Assembly (NCBI GenBank): GCA_050745565.1
Contig: JBOGKJ010000362.1
Span: 1-58,743 of the forward strand
Direction of reading: 5' to 3'
DNA from: Terriglobales bacterium
Lineage (GTDB): Bacteria; Acidobacteriota; Terriglobia; Terriglobales; SCQP01
Length of the DNA stretch: 58,743 nt
In this document: positions 27,850 through 36,562 of the stretch, in pieces
Position numbering within the stretch: the stretch's first letter is position 1
Layout: each line of letters starts with the position of its first letter
Program-made: the position numbers and the translations under genes
Notes under the pieces: generated by a model
Database searches by the model: none
Seen by the model: only the letters and a program-made list of their open reading frames with translations
What the model was told of the DNA's origin: nothing

Positions 27850-28459
27850 CGCGGCCGCGATTCCGGTGCTGCTGTTCGACGTTGGCGGCGTGGTGCTTTC
27901 GAACGGCTGGGACCACCAGGAACGGGCGCTCGCCTGCAAACACTTCGCGCTCGAGCCGGCGGCGCTCGAAGCCCGGCATGCACGCCTAGCCCCCCCGTTC
28001 GAGTCCGGCACGCTGAGCCTCGACGACTACCTGGCCCAGGCCGTGTTCTACGAGCCGCGGGCGTTTACGCCGGCGCAATTCCGCGATTTCATCTTCTCCT
28101 GCTCCCAGCCGCTGCCGGAAAGCCTGGCGCTGGTGGCCGAGCTGGCCGCCGCCGGCCGCGCGCGCCTCGCCACGGTCAACAACGAGAGCCGCGAGTTGAA
28201 CCAGTACCGCATCGCCACCTTCGGCCTGGGCCGCTACTTCACCACCTTCTGCTCCTCCTGCTACCTGGGAACGCGCAAACCCGGCGCCGACATCTTCCGC
28301 CGCGCGCTGGGCATTCTCCAGGCCGCCCCCGCCGACTGCGTCTTCATTGACGACCGCGCGGAAAACCTTGGCGCCCCGCGCGCGCTGGGGATCGCCGTGG
28401 TGCAGTTCGAGTCGGCGCCGCAGGTGCGCCAGGACCTCGCCGCCCGCCGCCTGCTCTGA
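27833..28459 (+). CDS. HAD-superfamily hydrolase (subfamily IA-like)
   Basis: Motif I LLFDVGGVV, motif II TVNNES, motif IV FIDDRAENL. Overlaps the Rrf2 stop by 17 nt. Confidence 0.75.
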   Translation: MPRETDAAAIPVLLFDVGGVVLSNGWDHQERALACKHFALEPAALEARHARLAPPFESGTLSLDDYLAQAVFYEPRAFTPAQFRDFIFSCSQPLPESLALVAELAAAGRARLATVNNESRELNQYRIATFGLGRYFTTFCSSCYLGTRKPGADIFRRALGILQAAPADCVFIDDRAENLGAPRALGIAVVQFESAPQVRQDLAARRLL

Positions 28460-28462
28460 AAC

Positions 28463-28612
28463 GGCGACGCGGCCGCCCTTCTCAGGACGCCCTCCCGCTG
28501 TCACCCCAGCGCGCCAGCGCACCGGGGGCCCCGGCACTGGTCGGGCTGCGGCCGGATTCGCTTGGCGGCAACGCGCGCCCGCTCTGCTCAGGGCGCCTCG
28601 AAGTTGCCCGGT
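28463..28612 (+). repeat. Module A, copy A3 (short 3' variant, alternative hairpin sequence)
   Basis: GCGGCCGCCCTTCTCAGGACGCCCTCCCG, hairpin CCCCAGCGCG-CCAG-CGCACCGGGG, core identical, 3' CAGGGCGCCTCGAAGTTGCCC. Confidence 0.9.
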
Positions 28613-28620
28613 CACGCGCG

Positions 28621-28691
28621 ACTGCGGAGCCCCGCCACGTCAAACTGGGGCCGCGCGCCCGCGTCGTTCCCCGGAGGCGCAAGCCAGCCCC
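28621..28691 (+). repeat. Module E, copy E2
   Basis: GCCACGTCAAACTGGGGCCGCGCGCCCGCGTCGTTCCCCGGAGGCGCAAGC aligns with 9563-9612. Confidence 0.75.
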
Positions 28692-28697
28692 TATAAT
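28692..28697 (+). promoter_or_regulatory. -10 TATAAT positioned for a leaderless cupin mRNA
   Basis: Perfect TATAAT, then 7 nt, then ATG 28705. There is no SD. Confidence 0.4.
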
Positions 28698-28704
28698 GGC
28701 GGCT

Positions 28705-29064
28705 ATGCCTGTCGTCATCGCTGAACCCACGCGCATCGCGCCCGCCGGCAACAAGCCGAAGGTCATTGACGAATTTATTGGGCGCGTCAACAGCCGCACA
28801 TCGGGCTGCAGCATTGCCCATATGCATAGCCCGGCGGGCTGGCGCGAGCCGGGGCAGACGCCGGAGTTTGATGAGTTCACGCTGGTGCTGGAGGGGAGGC
28901 TGGTGGTGGAGTCGCGCGGCGGAACGGTCGAGGCCGGGGCCGGGCAGGCGGTGGTGGCGACGGCGGGGGAATGGGTACGGTACTCGACCCCGGAGGGCGC
29001 CGACTATATTGCCGTCTGCCTGCCGGCGTTCAGTCCCGGCACCGTGCACCGCGACCCGGAGTAG
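28705..29064 (+). CDS. Cupin-domain protein
   Basis: About 120 aa with a beta-barrel pattern (GWREPGQTPEFDEFTLVLEGRLVVE...GQAVVATAGEWVRY). Two ATGs are possible (28696, 28705). 28705 is preferred because 28696 overlaps a TATAAT box. Confidence 0.65.
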   Translation: MPVVIAEPTRIAPAGNKPKVIDEFIGRVNSRTSGCSIAHMHSPAGWREPGQTPEFDEFTLVLEGRLVVESRGGTVEAGAGQAVVATAGEWVRYSTPEGADYIAVCLPAFSPGTVHRDPE

Positions 29065-29091
29065 CGGCAGCCTTGGCGTAGCTGATAGTGG

Positions 29092-29219
29092 ACGGCGCGG
29101 CCGCCCTTCTCAGGACGCGCTCCCGCTGCCACCCCAGCGCGCCAGCGCGCCGGGGGCCCCGGCACGGGTCGGGCTGCGGCCGAGATTCGCTTGGCGGCAA
29201 CGCGCGCCCGCTCTGCTCA
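29092..29219 (+). repeat. Module A, copy A4 (3' end replaced by module B)
   Basis: Hairpin CCCCAGCGCG-CCAG-CGCGCCGGGG (29132-29155). The core is identical and is joined directly to B at 29220. The flanking genes are convergent. Confidence 0.9.
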
Positions 29220-29318
29220 TTGCCGAGCGCGGGCCCCTGCCCGGCTACGCCGGGCATCCCGCTTGGGCTCGCGCCGGCCCGGGGCCCGGCGAGCCCAAGC
29301 CGGCGCGAGCCTCGCGGG
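29220..29318 (+). repeat. Module B, copy B3
   Basis: Near-identical to B1 (CGAGCGCGGGCCCCTGCCCGGCTACGCCGGGCATCCCGCTTGGGCTCGCGCCGGCCCGGGGCCCGGCGAGCCCAAGCCGGCGCGAGCCTCGCGGGG). Confidence 0.9.
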
Positions 29319-29325
29319 GGAGCGT

Positions 29326-29350
29326 GCGGCTTTGCCGGTTGCAAAGCCGC
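29326..29350. terminator. 10-bp-stem hairpin between the convergent cupin and recN genes (possible bidirectional terminator)
   Basis: GCGGCTTTGC-CGGTT-GCAAAGCCGC. There is no clear U-tract on either side. Confidence 0.35.
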
Positions 29351-29422
29351 AGCGTTGCCCGGCGCCGGCGCGGCTAACGCCCCGGGGCCGCGCAGCATAG
29401 TTTGCCGAGAGCTGTTCTTGCG

Positions 29423-31135
29423 CTACCCGCGGTTGGCGGCGAGCAGTTCCTTGGCGTGGCGCAGCGCGGTGGGATTTTGGGTGTCGCCGGCGAGCATGCG
29501 GGCGATTTCCTCGATGCGCGCGGGGCCTTCAAGCCGGGAGACTTCGGTGCGGGTGCGGCCGCCGTGCTCGCGCTTTTCGACGCGGAGGTGGTGGGCGGCG
29601 CAGGTGGCGATTTGCGGCAGATGGGTGACGCAAAGCACCTGGTAATGCTCGCCCAACTGGCGCAATTTCTGGCCGACGGACTGGGCCGCCTGGCCGCCGA
29701 TGCCGGCGTCAATTTCGTCAAGCACCAGCGTCCGGCGCGACCGGCGCGGGTGGCGCTGGGGGCGGGCGGCGGCTTCGGTTACCAGATGCAACGCCAGCAG
29801 CAGGCGCGAGAGCTCGCCGCCGGAGGCGATGGACTCGACCGGCTGCAGCGGCTCGCCGGGGTTGGTGGAGGCCAGAAAGCGGATGCGGTCCCAGCCGTTG
29901 GTTGTCCATTGCGGCTCGGGCGGTGCGTCGGGCGCGGGCTCGAAGGCGACTTCGAAGCGCAGCGCCATGGCGAGATCGGCGACCTCGGCGACGAGGCGGC
30001 GCTCGAGTTGGCGCGCGGCGGTGCGGCGGCGTTCGCTGAGGGCAGCGGCGAGCTGGCGGTAGGCGGTGGCGGCAGCGGCGGTGCGGGCGGCGGCGGCGGC
30101 TTCGAGCTCAGTGGCGCTCTCGGCGGCGGCGAGGTCGGCGGCGAGCTGGTCGCGGTGCTGGCGCACCCCGTCGAGACCGGGCCCGTACTTGCGTTTCAGC
30201 CGGTCGAGCGCCGCCAGGCGGTCCTCGACCTGCGCCAGCCGTCCGGGCGCGGCCTCGATGCGGTCGGCGCGGGCGCGGATCTCGCCGGCGATGTCGGCGA
30301 TTTCGGCGCGCAGCGACTCCAGCCGCGGCGCCAGCGCTTCAGCGGCAACGTCAAAGCGGGCCCAGTCCTGCACCTGCCGCTGGGCCGCCTTGACCTGCGC
30401 GGCGGCCGCGCCGGGAGCGTCGTAGAGGCTGGCGTAGGCCGCTTCGGCCGCGGTGAGGATGCGTTCGGTGTTGGCCAACACCGTCCGTTCCTGCTCCAGC
30501 GCGGCGTCCTCGCCTTCCAAAGGCCGCACGGCGTCAATCTCGTCCGCCTGAAAGCGCCAGAGGTCGAGATCCTGGAGCCGGCGGCGCTGCGCGGCCTGCT
30601 CCCGCTCGAGCGCGACGGTAGCCTCGCGCCAGGCGGTGTGGGCGGCGGCGGCCTCGGCCGCCACGTCCTCAGCGCCGGCGAAGCGATCGAGCAGGCGCAA
30701 CTGCGCCGCCGGGCTGAAGGAGACCAGCGCTTCATTCTGCGAGTGAATCTCGCCCAACTGCCGCGCCAGCTCGCGCAACACCGCCAGCGTGGCCAACTGT
30801 TGCTCCACAAAGGCCCGGCTGCGTCCGCCGGCGCTCAACTCGCGCCGCAGCAGCACGCTGCCGTCCAGGGGCCGCAAGCCCCGCTCGCTTGCCCAGCGGG
30901 CGGCGGCGCCAGCGTCGGCAAACGGCGAGCTGAAGCAGCCGGTGACGCTGGCCGACGCCGCCCCGCTGCGAATGGCGCCGCTATCGGCGCGCTCGCCCAG
31001 GAGCAGACCCAGTGCGTCCACGATAATGGATTTCCCCGAGCCCGTCTCTCCAGTGAGCACATTAAAACCGGGCCCGAACGGGATCGAGACCTGCTCGACC
31101 AGTGCATAGTTTTCAATCTGCAGGGTATCGAGCAT
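29423..31135 (-). CDS. recN: DNA repair protein RecN
   Basis: MLDTLQIENYALV start, Walker A GETGSGKSI, long coiled-coil middle, C-terminal SGGELSRLLLAL and LVLDEIDAGIGG. Confidence 0.92.
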   Translation of the reverse strand: MLDTLQIENYALVEQVSIPFGPGFNVLTGETGSGKSIIVDALGLLLGERADSGAIRSGAASASVTGCFSSPFADAGAAARWASERGLRPLDGSVLLRRELSAGGRSRAFVEQQLATLAVLRELARQLGEIHSQNEALVSFSPAAQLRLLDRFAGAEDVAAEAAAAHTAWREATVALEREQAAQRRRLQDLDLWRFQADEIDAVRPLEGEDAALEQERTVLANTERILTAAEAAYASLYDAPGAAAAQVKAAQRQVQDWARFDVAAEALAPRLESLRAEIADIAGEIRARADRIEAAPGRLAQVEDRLAALDRLKRKYGPGLDGVRQHRDQLAADLAAAESATELEAAAAARTAAAATAYRQLAAALSERRRTAARQLERRLVAEVADLAMALRFEVAFEPAPDAPPEPQWTTNGWDRIRFLASTNPGEPLQPVESIASGGELSRLLLALHLVTEAAARPQRHPRRSRRTLVLDEIDAGIGGQAAQSVGQKLRQLGEHYQVLCVTHLPQIATCAAHHLRVEKREHGGRTRTEVSRLEGPARIEEIARMLAGDTQNPTALRHAKELLAANRG

Positions 31136-31157
31136 GTACAGATCGCTTCATTGTACG
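31135..31157. promoter_or_regulatory. Inverted repeat TGTACA-N11-TGTAC abutting the recN start codon
   Basis: GTACA (31136-31140) and TGTAC (31152-31156) are reverse complements. recN is a classical SOS gene, but this sequence matches no LexA consensus I can recall. Confidence 0.3.
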
Positions 31158-31251
31158 CCGCTCCACGCGAGTTCCTCCTATGCTAGCGTTAACCTAATGA
31201 GAACTGCGGCGCCCACGCCGCAGCGTGGCCGATATCGGCTGCGGAAAGGGA

Positions 31252-31992
31252 ATGCCGTTGACCCTTCTAGCCTTTATCGCATCCGGGGATGCGATCACCG
31301 ACATGCTGGCGAACACCGGCGGGGTGGCCAAGACCATTCTGGCCATCCTGCTGATTTTGTCGTTTGCCTCCTGGGCAATTATTTTCAACAAATGGCGGTC
31401 CTACCGCACCCGCCGGCGCAACACCCGCCGCTTCCTCCGCGCACTGTACAAGGTCAACCGGTTGAGCGAACTGCACGCCGCGAGCGACAACTTCCGCCCC
31501 GCTCCGGCGGCGGAAGTGTTCGAGGCCGGCTTCGACGAGCTCGAGCGCCAATTGCAGCCCGGCGCCAGCCACAGCATTGCCAGCGTCGAGCGGGCGCTGC
31601 GCGCCGAGACCGGCGACCAGGTGGCGATGCTGGAAAAGGGTCTGCCGTGGCTGGCGACCATCGCCTCCGCCAGCCCCTTCATCGGGCTGTTTGGCACGGT
31701 CTGGGGCATCATGGACGCCTTTCTGGACCTGAGCAACGTGGGCACCACCACCATACGGGCCGTGGGGCCGGGCGTGTCCGAAGCGCTGATCACGACCGCC
31801 GCCGGGTTGTTTGCGGCGATTCCGGCGCTGATCGCCTACAACCAGTTCGTGCACCAGGTGCGCGTGCTCACCACCGCCACCGAGGAGTGTGCGCTGGAGT
31901 TCACCAGCCGCGCCGAGGACGTGGTCAACTCGCCCAACGCCGAGCACGGGAAGGAGCACGCCGGCGAACGCTCGACCGTCGTGAGCCGCTAG
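31252..31992 (+). CDS. exbB: MotA/TolQ/ExbB proton-channel protein
   Basis: Three TM helices and the conserved LATIASASPFIGLFGTVWGIM and GVSEALITTAAGL motifs. The start is uncertain (GTG 31225, ATG 31252 or ATG 31300). Confidence 0.85.
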   Translation: MPLTLLAFIASGDAITDMLANTGGVAKTILAILLILSFASWAIIFNKWRSYRTRRRNTRRFLRALYKVNRLSELHAASDNFRPAPAAEVFEAGFDELERQLQPGASHSIASVERALRAETGDQVAMLEKGLPWLATIASASPFIGLFGTVWGIMDAFLDLSNVGTTTIRAVGPGVSEALITTAAGLFAAIPALIAYNQFVHQVRVLTTATEECALEFTSRAEDVVNSPNAEHGKEHAGERSTVVSR

Positions 31993-32003
31993 GAGACAAC
32001 TTC

Positions 32004-32432
<429 letters not shown>

Positions 32433-33236
32433 ATGTCCAGCGAGCGCACGCACCGGACCGAATCGGCGCGCGCCGGCGTGGCGCTGTCGCTGGTGCTGCA
32501 CGCGGCGCTGGCCGGCCTGGTGGTGTACGGCGCCTTGATCGGCCATCTGCTGCCACTGGGCGGGGCGCACCCGGGCACGGCGGCCGCCGGTGCGATGCAG
32601 GCCACGCTGGTCTCGTCGGTGCCCGGCGGCGCCATTCCGATGCCGACGCCGATTGTGACGCCGACCAAAAACCGGCTGGCCAGCGACAGCGCCGCGAAGG
32701 GGATTACGCGCCCGACGCGCGCCGCCGCGCCGCGCCATTCGGTGGCGCTGCCCGCCTACGATGCCACCCGGCTCGCGCGCGAAGAAGCGCGTCGCGAACT
32801 CCGCAAGCTGGCGCAGGCCGATCGCGACAAGAAGAACAAATACGTTCCCAACGGGTCAGGCGGAGCGGTCTCGTTTGACGCCACCAACGGCGCCACCGGC
32901 GCCAGCGGCAGCGGCGGCGTGTCGTTTGGCGACGCCAACTTCGGCAACCTCTACACCGACTGGGTGAACCACCTGCGCGACCGCCTGCAGTTCTACTGGA
33001 ACCAGCAGCCGCGCGACCCCACCCTCGCCCCTGGCCAAAAAGTCACCGTCACCCTGACCGTGCACCGTAACGGGCTAATTGATTCGATTCATTACGTCCG
33101 CCGCTCCGGTTCGGTCGAGGTCAACGGCATGGCCTTCAACTCGGTGGAGCAAATGGCCGCCGCCGAGCATTTCCCGCTGCCGCCCGGCTACGTCCCCGCT
33201 TCGCTCACCGTCACCGTGGCCTTTTTGTTGAACTAG
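32433..33236 (+). CDS. tonB: TonB-family energy transducer
   Basis: The ATG directly abuts the exbD stop. N-terminal TM anchor, low-complexity linker, and a C-terminal TonB-like domain (VTVTLTVHRNGLIDSIHYVRRSGSVEVNGMAFNSV). Confidence 0.75.
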   Translation: MSSERTHRTESARAGVALSLVLHAALAGLVVYGALIGHLLPLGGAHPGTAAAGAMQATLVSSVPGGAIPMPTPIVTPTKNRLASDSAAKGITRPTRAAAPRHSVALPAYDATRLAREEARRELRKLAQADRDKKNKYVPNGSGGAVSFDATNGATGASGSGGVSFGDANFGNLYTDWVNHLRDRLQFYWNQQPRDPTLAPGQKVTVTLTVHRNGLIDSIHYVRRSGSVEVNGMAFNSVEQMAAAEHFPLPPGYVPASLTVTVAFLLN

Positions 33237-33240
33237 CGAC

Positions 33241-33430
33241 GGCGCGGTCCAGCGCGGGCTCGGCGGAGACGCTCGCAGCGCCGTCCCCGCACGCGATTTG
33301 TGGCGGCGCGGCCGCCCATCTCTGGACGCCCTCCCGTTGCTCCCACCCCAAGGCGCGAGCGCCTGGGGCGTGCCCGCTCTGCTCGGCGAACGCACCACCG
33401 GCACCTTTACCCGTCCAAGTTGCCTCGCCG
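33241..33430 (+). repeat. B-prime fragment (33241-33300) plus module A copy A5 (internal ~45-nt deletion)
   Basis: GGAGACGCTCGCAGCGCCGTCCCCGCAC, then GCGGCCGCCCATCTCTGGACGCCCTCCCGTTGCTCCCACCCCAAGGCGCGAGCGCCTGGGG joined directly to CGTGCCCGCTCTGCTCGGCGAACGC...CCGTCCAAGTTGCCTCG. Confidence 0.85.
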
Positions 33431-33554
33431 GGCTGTCAAGCATCAATTATCTTCTTTATAACCAACCCACGAGGAGTCAGGATGCACCGCCGGAAGCACC
33501 GCCCGGGTGGTGCCGATCACGGAACCTTTTGCGGGAATAGTAGTATCAGAGGCT

Positions 33555-35978
33555 ATGGACATCTTCCGGCAATGGCGCTTGGCGCTGCGGGGGCTTGCGC
33601 GTCGGCCTGCGTATGCGGCAACCGCGGTAATTGTATTGGCGTTGGGCATTGGAGCCACGGCAACGCTGTTTTCGGTGGTGAACACGGTGCTGTTGCGACC
33701 GCTGCCGTTTCCCGCTTCCGGCCAACTGGCGCTGGTGCTGGCCGCGAATCCAGCGAAGCGGCAGAACGCAAGCCTGGTGTCGCCGGCCGAGGTGGCCGAC
33801 TGGAACCGCATGAACCAGGCGTTTGTCCCCGGCCTCGGCATCACCGGCCTATACGGCGAGAACGACACCGACACCAGTGGCAGCATGCCGCAGCGGCTGG
33901 CCGCCGTGCGCGTCTTGCCGGGCTTCTTCGGCGTCTACGGCATGCCGGCGCTGCGGGGGCGGACTTTTATCCCCGCCGAAGATGCCACCACCGGTCCCGG
34001 TGCGGCGGTGATCAGCTACGGCTACTGGACGCGCCGCTACGGCCGCAGCCTTTCGGCACTGGGCCAGCACCTGGTGTTGGGCGGCGTGGCCTACACCATC
34101 GTGGGTGTGATGCCGGCGGACTTCACCAGCTCGGCGACCGAGGCCTGGCTGCCGGCCAAGCTGCCGCAGTCGCTGCTGTCGGTGCGGGAAGCGCGGTTTC
34201 TGACCTGCATTGGGCGGCTGCGCGCGGGCGTGACGCTGGCGGCGGCGCAGGCGGATTTGGGGCGCATCCAGGCGCAGCAGGGGCGGAAATACACCGCCGA
34301 GCGGGGCTGGTCGGCGCAGGTGAGCAGCCTGAAGACCAACCTTGTCGGTGACGACAGCGCGGCACTCTGGATCGTGTTTGGGGCGACGCTGCTGTTGCTG
34401 CTGCTGGCGGTGGCCAACATCGCCGGGCTGACGCTGGCGCAGTTGCAGGGGCGGCGGCGCGAGCTGGCGATCCGGACGGCGCTGGGCGGTTCGGCGCGCC
34501 AGGTGGCGGCGGGCGTACTGCGGGAGTGCTTGTGGCTGGCGGCGATCGGGGCGGCGGGCGGCGGAGCGCTGGCGTGGGCGGGCGTGCGGGCGATTGCGGG
34601 GCTGGCGCCGGGCACGCTGCCGCGGATGGCGGAGTTAAGTTTTGACGGGCGCGGCTGGGCCTTTGCCGTGGTGGTGAGCGCGCTGGCCGCAGCGGCGTTC
34701 GGGCTGCTGCCGGCGCTCGGGGCGACGCGTCCGCGGCAGGGCCGGCTGGCGGGCCTGCTGGTCAGCCTCAATGCCGGCGCGCCCGGCGGCCGGCGCCGGG
34801 CGCAGCACGGGCTGGTGGTGGCGCAGTTTGCGCTGACGGTGCTGCTGGTGGCCGCGGCCGGACTGCTTTGGCGCAGTTATTACAATCTCAACCACGTCAC
34901 CGCCGGCTTTGAGCCCGGCAACGTGCTCACCTTCCACATCGGCGCCGCCTGGAACGAGAACCGAACCCAGGTTGGCGCCATGCAGCATCGCGTGCTCGAC
35001 CAACTCGACCACCTGCCGGGAGTCGTGGCGGCTGGTTTCACCAATTTTCTTCCTGCCAGCGACGCGACGCTGCAGTATCAGATCCTCTTGCAGGGCCTCG
35101 CCGGCCCAGCGCAAAACGGCGCTTTCTCGGCCGGCGAGCGTTCGGTGTCCCCCGGCTATTTCGCCTCGCTGAAAGTTCCAATCGTGGCCGGCGGCGACTG
35201 TCCGGCGATGCCGATCATGACGGACGCTGAGGTGGCGGGCACGGCGCTCGTCAACGAGAGTTTCGTGCGGACTTACTTGCGCGGGCAGGCGGCGGTGGGC
35301 CGGGAATGGAAGGTCGCGCAGGATGGGCCGACCGCGCCTTGGTCGCGCATTGTCGGCGTGGTCGGCGATGTGCGGGAGAACAGCCTGGCCGAGGCCCCGA
35401 CGCCGTTTATATACGCCTGCATACCCGCCGGCGGCTGGCCCGACCCGAACTACGTGGTCCGCACCGCTGGCGGTGCGGGGCCAACCCTTGCCGCCCTGCG
35501 TGGCCTGGTGGCGAAGTCGGCGCCGGGGCGGGCGCTGTTTGGCGTTGAGCCATTGACGCAGTTGCTCGCCGCCGGACTGGCGCAGCCGCAACTGGAGGCC
35601 GATTGCCTGGCGATGTTTGCCGGATTCGCGCTGCTGCTGGCCGCGGTCGGACTCTATGGCCTGATCAGCCTGATGGTGCTGGCCCAACGGCGGGAGCTGG
35701 GCGTGCGGCTGGCGCTGGGAGCGCGGCCGTCGCAATTGGCGCGGACCGTGCTCGCCGGGGCAGCGCGTCTGGTGGGCTGGGGCGCGGCGGCCGGCTTACT
35801 GCTGACATGGGCGGCGGGCCACGCGCTCAGGGCGGTGCTGTACGGGATCTCGCCGTTCGACGGCGCGACGCTCACGGCGGCGGTCGCAGTGCTGGCCGCG
35901 ATCGCGCTGTTGGCCGCCTGGCTGCCCGCCCGCCGGGCTGCCGCTACCGATCCGCTAGTGGCTCTGAAAAGCGATTAG
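33555..35978 (+). CDS. ADOP-family duplicated orphan permease (two MacB-periplasmic/FtsX units, no ATPase)
   Basis: MDIFRQWRLALRGLARRPAYAATAVIVLALGIGATATLFSVVNTVLLRPLPF start typical of the family. Two FtsX-type 4-TM blocks. C-terminal RRAAATDPLVALKSD. Confidence 0.85.
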   Translation: MDIFRQWRLALRGLARRPAYAATAVIVLALGIGATATLFSVVNTVLLRPLPFPASGQLALVLAANPAKRQNASLVSPAEVADWNRMNQAFVPGLGITGLYGENDTDTSGSMPQRLAAVRVLPGFFGVYGMPALRGRTFIPAEDATTGPGAAVISYGYWTRRYGRSLSALGQHLVLGGVAYTIVGVMPADFTSSATEAWLPAKLPQSLLSVREARFLTCIGRLRAGVTLAAAQADLGRIQAQQGRKYTAERGWSAQVSSLKTNLVGDDSAALWIVFGATLLLLLLAVANIAGLTLAQLQGRRRELAIRTALGGSARQVAAGVLRECLWLAAIGAAGGGALAWAGVRAIAGLAPGTLPRMAELSFDGRGWAFAVVVSALAAAAFGLLPALGATRPRQGRLAGLLVSLNAGAPGGRRRAQHGLVVAQFALTVLLVAAAGLLWRSYYNLNHVTAGFEPGNVLTFHIGAAWNENRTQVGAMQHRVLDQLDHLPGVVAAGFTNFLPASDATLQYQILLQGLAGPAQNGAFSAGERSVSPGYFASLKVPIVAGGDCPAMPIMTDAEVAGTALVNESFVRTYLRGQAAVGREWKVAQDGPTAPWSRIVGVVGDVRENSLAEAPTPFIYACIPAGGWPDPNYVVRTAGGAGPTLAALRGLVAKSAPGRALFGVEPLTQLLAAGLAQPQLEADCLAMFAGFALLLAAVGLYGLISLMVLAQRRELGVRLALGARPSQLARTVLAGAARLVGWGAAAGLLLTWAAGHALRAVLYGISPFDGATLTAAVAVLAAIALLAAWLPARRAAATDPLVALKSD

Positions 35979-36190
35979 ACGTCCGCATTTGCGGCGAAAT
36001 GCAGACCGCAATCATCAATTAATTTGGCGGCGCGGTCGCCCACTGGGCGACTGTCGCATCTTCCCGTGTCTCAGTTTGGGGGTGCACTCCAGGGTTATGG
36101 ACTACTTGAAAATTGTCCAGCTTTCCCGTGTAAGTGATTGAAAATCCTGGAAAAGCGATTGGAGACGCTGGGCGCTTCAGGCGGCCTACC

Positions 36191-36233
36191 AAAGCAGAAA
36201 AAGGGTGACGCCGAGGCGCGATCCTCGGCGTCA
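36191..36233 (-). terminator. Intrinsic terminator reading on the - strand
   Basis: The - strand reads TGACGCCGAGG-ATCGCG-CCTCGGCGTCA followed by CCCTTTTTCTGCTTT. It has an 11-bp GC-rich stem and a T-rich tail, which is rare in this window. Confidence 0.65.
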
Positions 36234-36356
36234 GCAAGAGTATTCAATTGTCAATTCGAACCTACAGCCCGCCGCCCCTGGGGGCAGCCCAACCAGAGTC
36301 AGATGCGGCTCATGGTGTCTGGTTGGCCAGCCCCCAAAAGAAGCTGCCGGGCTACT

Positions 36357-36539
36357 CTAGCTGCCCGGACGGAACAGCGCCATCACGAACAGCTCGCGCT
36401 GGCCGATGGCGGGACCGAAGTGGCGCTGCTCGATGCGGTGCATCACGACCTCGGCAGGGCCGGTGAACCGCAGCATTTCGATGGCGGCGCCGTCGAGGCT
36501 GAGGGTGGCGCAGCGCGGGCGGGCGGAGTCATAAATAAC
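36357..36539 (-). other. 60-codon open frame without a canonical start (possible gene remnant or small protein)
   Basis: Translation is ..DSARPRCATLSLDGAAIEMLRFTGPAEVVMHRIEQRHFGPAIGQRELFVMALFRPGS*. It has protein-like composition and GC3-rich codons. The first ATG leaves only 39 aa. An ATG in another frame at 36527-36529 (+ strand CAT) suggests a frameshift. Confidence 0.25.
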
Positions 36540-36562
36540 TCATTTCAGCAGAATTATATGAC

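Noticed and set aside
36255-36275. GGTTCGAAT on the - strand resembling a tRNA T-loop
   Set aside because: The flanking bases cannot form a T-stem (GTAGG versus TGACA) and no acceptor or anticodon arms can be drawn. It is not a tRNA or an obvious tRNA fragment.
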